Of a DNA stretch of 11,368 nt, positions 7,225 to 11,368 are shown piece by piece (the first letter of the stretch is position 1; every line of letters begins with the position of its first letter). This DNA comes from a virus. Taxonomy: Duplodnaviria; Heunggongvirae; Uroviricota; Caudoviricetes. Under the pieces are notes generated by a model. The model had not been told where the DNA came from. It was given only the letters and a program-made list of their open reading frames with translations, and did no database searches. The DNA lies in the IMG/VR virus record IMGVR_UViG_2547132269_000002, positions 1-11,368 of that record, one strand, 5' to 3'. The position numbers and the translations under genes are program-made.

Positions 7225-7574
7225 ACAATGCACCGGCGGTGAAAAGCACGGTTGACCTGCCAACGTGGGAAGAACTGACTGACATTCGCGACACACTGAA
7301 TACGGCAATTGATAAGGAGTTGTCCCGTACAACCAGTGATGCGCTGTTTCTGGCGCTGCGCCGGGTGAAAGCAGATCTGAATGCGGATATCAACACGCGC
7401 CTTGAACAGTCTGCACGGATCATTCAGCGCACGCCGGATGAGGTTTTACCCGCGCTGGTGCTGGCGGCGACCTGGTTTGATAACGCGGCGCGTGACGGGG
7501 ACATTATCCGGCGTAATGCCATTACGCATCCCGGCTTTGTGCCGGTGATCCCTCTGAAGGTGCCAGTGCAATGA
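7176..7574 (+). pseudogene. 3' remnant of the gene upstream of the baseplate hub (probably Mu gp43/N-like DNA circularisation protein); no ATG start or RBS
   Basis: Frame opens after the TAA at 7173-7175 and runs to the TGA at 7572-7574, which overlaps the ATG of the hub gene (caATGAac). First possible start is a GTG at 7239 with no RBS. 133 open codons against an expected ~400-500 aa for this gene. Confidence 0.5.
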
Positions 7575-8650
7575 ACGATAACGTCACGCTACGGGTAAAT
7601 GGCCGGGAGTGGAATGGCTGGACATCGGTGCGCATCGGTGCCGGTGTTGAACGACTGGCGCGGGATTTCAGTGTGGAGATCACTCGCCAGTGGCCGGGAG
7701 ATGAGGGTATCACCACGCTTCAGCCGCGCATTAAAAACGGTTCAAAAGTGGAAGTGCTGATTGGTGATGAGCTGGTGATCACCGGCTGGGTGGAGGCGAC
7801 TCCCGTTCGTTACGATGCCCGTTCGGTCAGCACCGGTATTGCCGGACGTAGTCTGACGGCTGACCTGATTGACTGTGCAGCCGAACCGACACAGTTTAAC
7901 GGACGCTCGCTGGTGCAGATTGCGCAGGCGCTTGCTGCGCCTTTCGGCATTGAGGTGGTGAACAGCGGTGCGCCGTCGGGTGTTATTCCTGATGTTCAGC
8001 CTGATCACGGTGAAACGGTGATTGAGGTAATCAACAAAATACTCGGTCAGCAGCAGGCGCTGGCTTACGACGACCCGTACGGCAGGCTGGTGATTGGCGG
8101 TATTGGCTCAACGCGGGCACATACCGCGCTGGTACTTGGGGAAAACATCCTTTCCTGTGATACGGAGAAGAGTATCCGGGAGCGGTTTTCTGTTTACCAG
8201 GTGGCGGGGCAGCGTGCCGGAAACGACGATGATTTCGGTGAGGCCACCACCACCGCGCTGCGGGCCCGCACAGAGGACGCATTTATTGCCCGTTACCGTC
8301 CGATGTATATCAGGCAGACAGGGCAGCCCACGGGGGCAGGCTGTATTGCGCGTGCTGACTTTGAAGCCCGACAACGGGCGGCGCGGACGGATGAAACCAC
8401 CTATGTGGTGCAGGGCTGGCGACAGGGTAACGGTACGCTGTGGCAGCCCAACCAGCGGGTGATTGTCTTCGATCCGGTCTGTGGTTTCGACAATACCGAA
8501 CTGCTTGTCTCGGAAGTCACGTTTACTCAGGACCAGAACGGCACCCTGACGGAAATCCGTGTCGGCCCGCCTGATGCTTATCTGCCTGAACCCGAAGCCC
8601 CCGGCGCGCGGGAAAAGAAAAAAGCCAGAGTACAGGAGGACCCGTTCTGA
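7571..8650 (+). CDS. Baseplate hub protein, Mu gpP (gp44)-like (359 aa)
   Basis: ATG at 7571 overlapping the upstream stop. Size and position match; N-terminal pattern LRVNGREWNGWTSVRIGAGVERLARDFSVEIT. Followed by the gp45-like and gp46-like genes in canonical order. Confidence 0.8.
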   Translation: MNDNVTLRVNGREWNGWTSVRIGAGVERLARDFSVEITRQWPGDEGITTLQPRIKNGSKVEVLIGDELVITGWVEATPVRYDARSVSTGIAGRSLTADLIDCAAEPTQFNGRSLVQIAQALAAPFGIEVVNSGAPSGVIPDVQPDHGETVIEVINKILGQQQALAYDDPYGRLVIGGIGSTRAHTALVLGENILSCDTEKSIRERFSVYQVAGQRAGNDDDFGEATTTALRARTEDAFIARYRPMYIRQTGQPTGAGCIARADFEARQRAARTDETTYVVQGWRQGNGTLWQPNQRVIVFDPVCGFDNTELLVSEVTFTQDQNGTLTEIRVGPPDAYLPEPEAPGAREKKKARVQEDPF

Positions 8651-9198
8651 TGAGGACGATTGAAGCCATGCAGCGACAACTTCTCGGCCTGATTGGGCGG
8701 GCAGTGGTGAAAAGCATCAGTGCCGCCACGAAATGTCAGACCGTGGATGTGTCCCTGATTGCCGGTGAATCCAAAGCCGGGGTTGAACATCTTGAACCCT
8801 ACGGTTTTACCGCAAGGGCAAACAGCGGTGCGGAAGCGGTGGTGTTGTTTCCGGATGGCGACCGTTCTCATGCGGTGGTTGTTACGGTGTCGGACCGGCG
8901 CTACCGCCTGAAAGGGCTGCAGACGGGTGAGGTGGCTGTCTATGACGATCAGGGGCAGTCCGTGACGCTGACCCGGGAGGGGATCGTGGTGGACGGTGCA
9001 GGTAAAACGATCACGTTTCACAATGCGCCTAAGGCACGTTTTGAAATGGACCTGGAGGTGACCGGACAGGTGAAAGACCTGTGCGACTCCGGCGGCACCG
9101 CCATGTCAGCGATGCGGCTTGCCTATAACGGGCATCGTCACAGAGAGAACGGTCAGGGCAGTAACACCGACAAACCTGATAAAGCGATGGAGGCATGA
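8650..9198 (+). CDS. Baseplate spike / assembly protein V, Mu gp45-like (182 aa)
   Basis: TGATG overlap with the hub gene. Pattern GLIGRAVV ... GESKAGVEHLEPYGFTA ... GEVAVYDDQGQSVTL typical of gpV-like spike proteins. Canonical position. Confidence 0.8.
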   Translation: MRTIEAMQRQLLGLIGRAVVKSISAATKCQTVDVSLIAGESKAGVEHLEPYGFTARANSGAEAVVLFPDGDRSHAVVVTVSDRRYRLKGLQTGEVAVYDDQGQSVTLTREGIVVDGAGKTITFHNAPKARFEMDLEVTGQVKDLCDSGGTAMSAMRLAYNGHRHRENGQGSNTDKPDKAMEA

Positions 9199-9623
9199 TG
9201 GAAGTGTGGCTGACGGTGAACGGTAAATGCACCTGCGCCAGCGCACCGCTGGATCCGCTGACCCGCGCCGTGGTGATTTCTCTGTTTACCTGGCGGCGGG
9301 CGGAGCCTGATGACAATGCCGACGTCCCGATGGGATGGTGGGGGGATACCTGGCCTGCGGTACAGAATGACCGTTACGGTTCCCGACTGTGGCTGCTTCA
9401 ACGCAGCAAACTGACCAATCAACTGGTGCAGACGGTAAGGGGGTATATCCGCGAATGCCTGCAATGGATGATTGATGACGGCGTGGTGTCCCGTATTGAT
9501 CTGGATATCCGCCGCACCGGGATTAATGAACTGGGTAACAGTATCACTCTCTGGCGTCGTGACGGACCGGTAATGATTTCTTTTGATGATCTGTGGAGTG
9601 CGATAACGCATGGCGGACAGTGA
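9195..9623 (+). CDS. Mu gp46-like baseplate protein (142 aa)
   Basis: ATGA overlap with the gp45-like gene. Size and position between the spike and J-like genes. Confidence 0.75.
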   Translation: MMEVWLTVNGKCTCASAPLDPLTRAVVISLFTWRRAEPDDNADVPMGWWGDTWPAVQNDRYGSRLWLLQRSKLTNQLVQTVRGYIRECLQWMIDDGVVSRIDLDIRRTGINELGNSITLWRRDGPVMISFDDLWSAITHGGQ

Positions 9624-11061
9624 ATTTCAGCGCCCGACGCTGGCAGAAAATATCAGTATGCTCCGTAACGATTTATTCGCCAGGCTGGACGTCAGCGACA
9701 CGCTCCGGCGCATGGATGAAGACGTGCGGGCAAAGGTGTATGCGGCGGCGCTGCATACGGTTTACGGGTACATCGATTATCTGGCAATGAACATGCTGCC
9801 TGACCTGTGCGATGAGTCCTGGCTGGCGCGACATGCTGCGATGAAACGGTGTCCGCGCAAGGGGGCCACGGCTGCCAGCGGGTATATGCGCTGGGAAGGT
9901 GTCAGCGATGGCCTGAAGGTGACCGCCGGGAGTGTTATTCAGCGCGATGACCTGGTTCAGTACACGGCAACTGCCGATGCAACCAGCTCCGGTGGTGTCC
10001 TGCGCGTGCCGATCGCCTGCTCAAGTGCAGGCGCGGTCGGTAACGCTGACGACGGTACGTCATTAATCCTGGTCACGCCGGTTAATGGTCTGCCGTCTTC
10101 CGGCGTGGCAGATACCCTGACAGGTGGATTTGATACTGAAGAGCTGGAAACGTGGCGCGCCCGCGTCATTGAGCGGTATTACTGGACGCCTCAGGGCGGA
10201 GCTGACGGGGACTATGTCGTCTGGGCTAAAGAAGTGCCCGGCATTACCCGCGCATGGACATACCGTCACTGGATGGGAACGGGAACTGTCGGTGTGATGA
10301 TTGCCAGCAGTGACCTGATTAATCCCATTCCGGAAGAATCAACGGAAACGGCAGCAAGACAACATATCGGGCCACTGGCCCCGGTGGCAGGCTCTGATTT
10401 GTATGTGTTCAGGCCGGTGGCGCATAAAGTGGATTTTCATATCCGCGTGACGCCGGACACACCGGAAATACGGGCTGCCATTACCGCGGAGTTGCGTTCG
10501 TTCCTGCTGCGTGATGGTTATCCGCAGGGAGAACTGAAGGTATCGCGTATCAGTGAGGCGATTTCCGGTGCGGCACCGTCATTAACCCGTGTTCATCAGC
10601 GTGCGGATGCCCTGATGCGGGAGCTGGATCCGCGCACCACCACTGAACTGATAAACCGCTGGGAGCGTCTGTGCGGTCTGCCGGATGAATGTATTCCGGC
10701 GGGAACGCAGACCCTTCGCCAGCGTCAGCAACGGCTGGATGCGAAGGTTAACCTGGCGGGCGGCATCAACGAGGATTTTTATCTTGCACAGCTTGCTGCC
10801 CTGGGCAGACCAGATGCCACCATCACGCGATACGACAAAAGCACGTTCACCTGCTCATCGGCCTGTACTGACGCGGTGAATGCGCCAGAATGGCGGTATT
10901 GCTGGCAGGTCAACATGCCAACCACCACCAACACCACCTGGATGACATGTGGCGATCCCTGTGATTCCGCACTGCGTATCTGGGGTGACACCGTTGTCGA
11001 GTGTGTGCTTAACAAACTCTGCCCGTCGCATACCTACGTAATTTTTAAATATCCGGAGTAA
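9610..11061 (+). CDS. Baseplate J-like protein (Mu gp47-like, ~320 aa) continuous with a gp48 / P2 gpI-like tail protein domain (~160 aa) in one 483-aa ORF
   Basis: ATG at 9610; single uninterrupted frame to TAA at 11059-11061. The N-terminal ~320 aa look J-like. From about nt 10560-10620 ([24 protein letters not shown] ...) the sequence resembles the N-terminal region of gp48/DUF2313-type proteins, which are normally a separate downstream gene. Confidence 0.75.
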   Translation: MADSEFQRPTLAENISMLRNDLFARLDVSDTLRRMDEDVRAKVYAAALHTVYGYIDYLAMNMLPDLCDESWLARHAAMKRCPRKGATAASGYMRWEGVSDGLKVTAGSVIQRDDLVQYTATADATSSGGVLRVPIACSSAGAVGNADDGTSLILVTPVNGLPSSGVADTLTGGFDTEELETWRARVIERYYWTPQGGADGDYVVWAKEVPGITRAWTYRHWMGTGTVGVMIASSDLINPIPEESTETAARQHIGPLAPVAGSDLYVFRPVAHKVDFHIRVTPDTPEIRAAITAELRSFLLRDGYPQGELKVSRISEAISGAAPSLTRVHQRADALMRELDPRTTTELINRWERLCGLPDECIPAGTQTLRQRQQRLDAKVNLAGGINEDFYLAQLAALGRPDATITRYDKSTFTCSSACTDAVNAPEWRYCWQVNMPTTTNTTWMTCGDPCDSALRIWGDTVVECVLNKLCPSHTYVIFKYPE

Positions 11062-11064
11062 TCC

Positions 11065-11368
11065 ATGCATCGTATAGACACGAAAACCGCGCAGAAGGAT
11101 AAGTTCGGCGCGGGTAAGAACGGTTTTACCCGTGGTAACCCCCAGACCGGCACACCTGCCACCGATCTGGATGATGACTACTTTGACATGTTGCAGGAGG
11201 AGCTTTGCAGCGTGGTGGAGGCATCCGGTGCCAGTCTTGAGAAGACGCGGCACGACCAGCTGCTTACCGCGCTTCGTGCGCTGCTGTTAAGCCGCAAGAA
11301 TCCGTTTGGCGATATCAAATCGGATGGCACCGTGAAAACGGCTCTCGAAAACCTTGGTTTGGGAGAAG
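11065..11368 (+). CDS. Tail fiber protein, conserved N-terminal (baseplate-attachment) domain; 3' end lies beyond the window
   Basis: Not in the ORF track (open at window end). ATG at 11065 with GGAG at 11055-11058. Translation [67 protein letters not shown]..., an N-terminus I recognise from tail fibers of enterobacterial Mu/P2-like tail modules. Confidence 0.75.
   Translation, partial: MHRIDTKTAQKDKFGAGKNGFTRGNPQTGTPATDLDDDYFDMLQEELCSVVEASGASLEKTRHDQLLTALRALLLSRKNPFGDIKSDGTVKTALENLGLGE

Larger units (their letters stand above)
1..11368. mobile_element. Prophage late-gene region (mosaic: HK97-like head/packaging module plus Mu-like tail/baseplate module), apparently defective
   Basis: Uninterrupted + strand run of phage structural genes with overlapping stop/start codons (ATGA at 1624, 5482, 6370, 7571, 9195; TGATG at 8650). 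Protein motifs recognisable for terminase, portal, capsid, baseplate and tail fiber. Three internal fusion or truncation junctions. Window does not reach either prophage end. Confidence 0.85.

Noticed and set aside
1-11368. Searched for tRNA/rRNA genes, CRISPR repeats, integrase or att sites, IS-element inverted repeats and tandem repeats
   Set aside because: No regularly spaced direct repeats, cloverleaf-like structures or transposase/integrase-like ORFs were seen; the window is fully accounted for by phage late genes and short intergenic gaps.

Overview
The window is a block of phage virion-morphogenesis (late) genes, all on the + strand and mostly translationally coupled, consistent with a mosaic enterobacterial-type prophage. 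An HK97-like packaging/head module (HNH endonuclease, P27-type small terminase, large terminase, portal, major capsid, gp6-like connector, head-tail joining protein, neck protein) is joined to a Mu-like contractile-tail/baseplate module (gp37/gp38-like proteins, sheath start, gpP hub, gp45 spike, gp46, gp47 J-like, gp48-like, tail fiber start). This is the kind of organisation described for SfV/e14-type elements. The module looks decayed. (1) ORF 3551..4909 reads as a portal N-terminus (~125 aa) fused in frame to the body of an HK97-fold major capsid protein, with no prohead protease or scaffold domain between them. (2) Only the first ~25-40 codons of the tail sheath gene remain (7093..7224), followed directly by a start-less 3' remnant (7176..7574) of the gene upstream of the baseplate hub; sheath body, tube, chaperones and tape measure are missing. 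(3) The baseplate J-like and gp48-like proteins are one continuous 483-aa ORF. The terminase genes and HNH gene appear intact (Walker A/B and HNH/zinc motifs readable). The left ~650 bp is visibly AT-rich and carries a small stand-alone gene (266..490) with its own RBS and intrinsic terminator, a classic moron layout. No tRNA, rRNA, CRISPR array, integrase or IS element was seen. All family assignments come from reading motifs and gene order by eye; no database search was possible.
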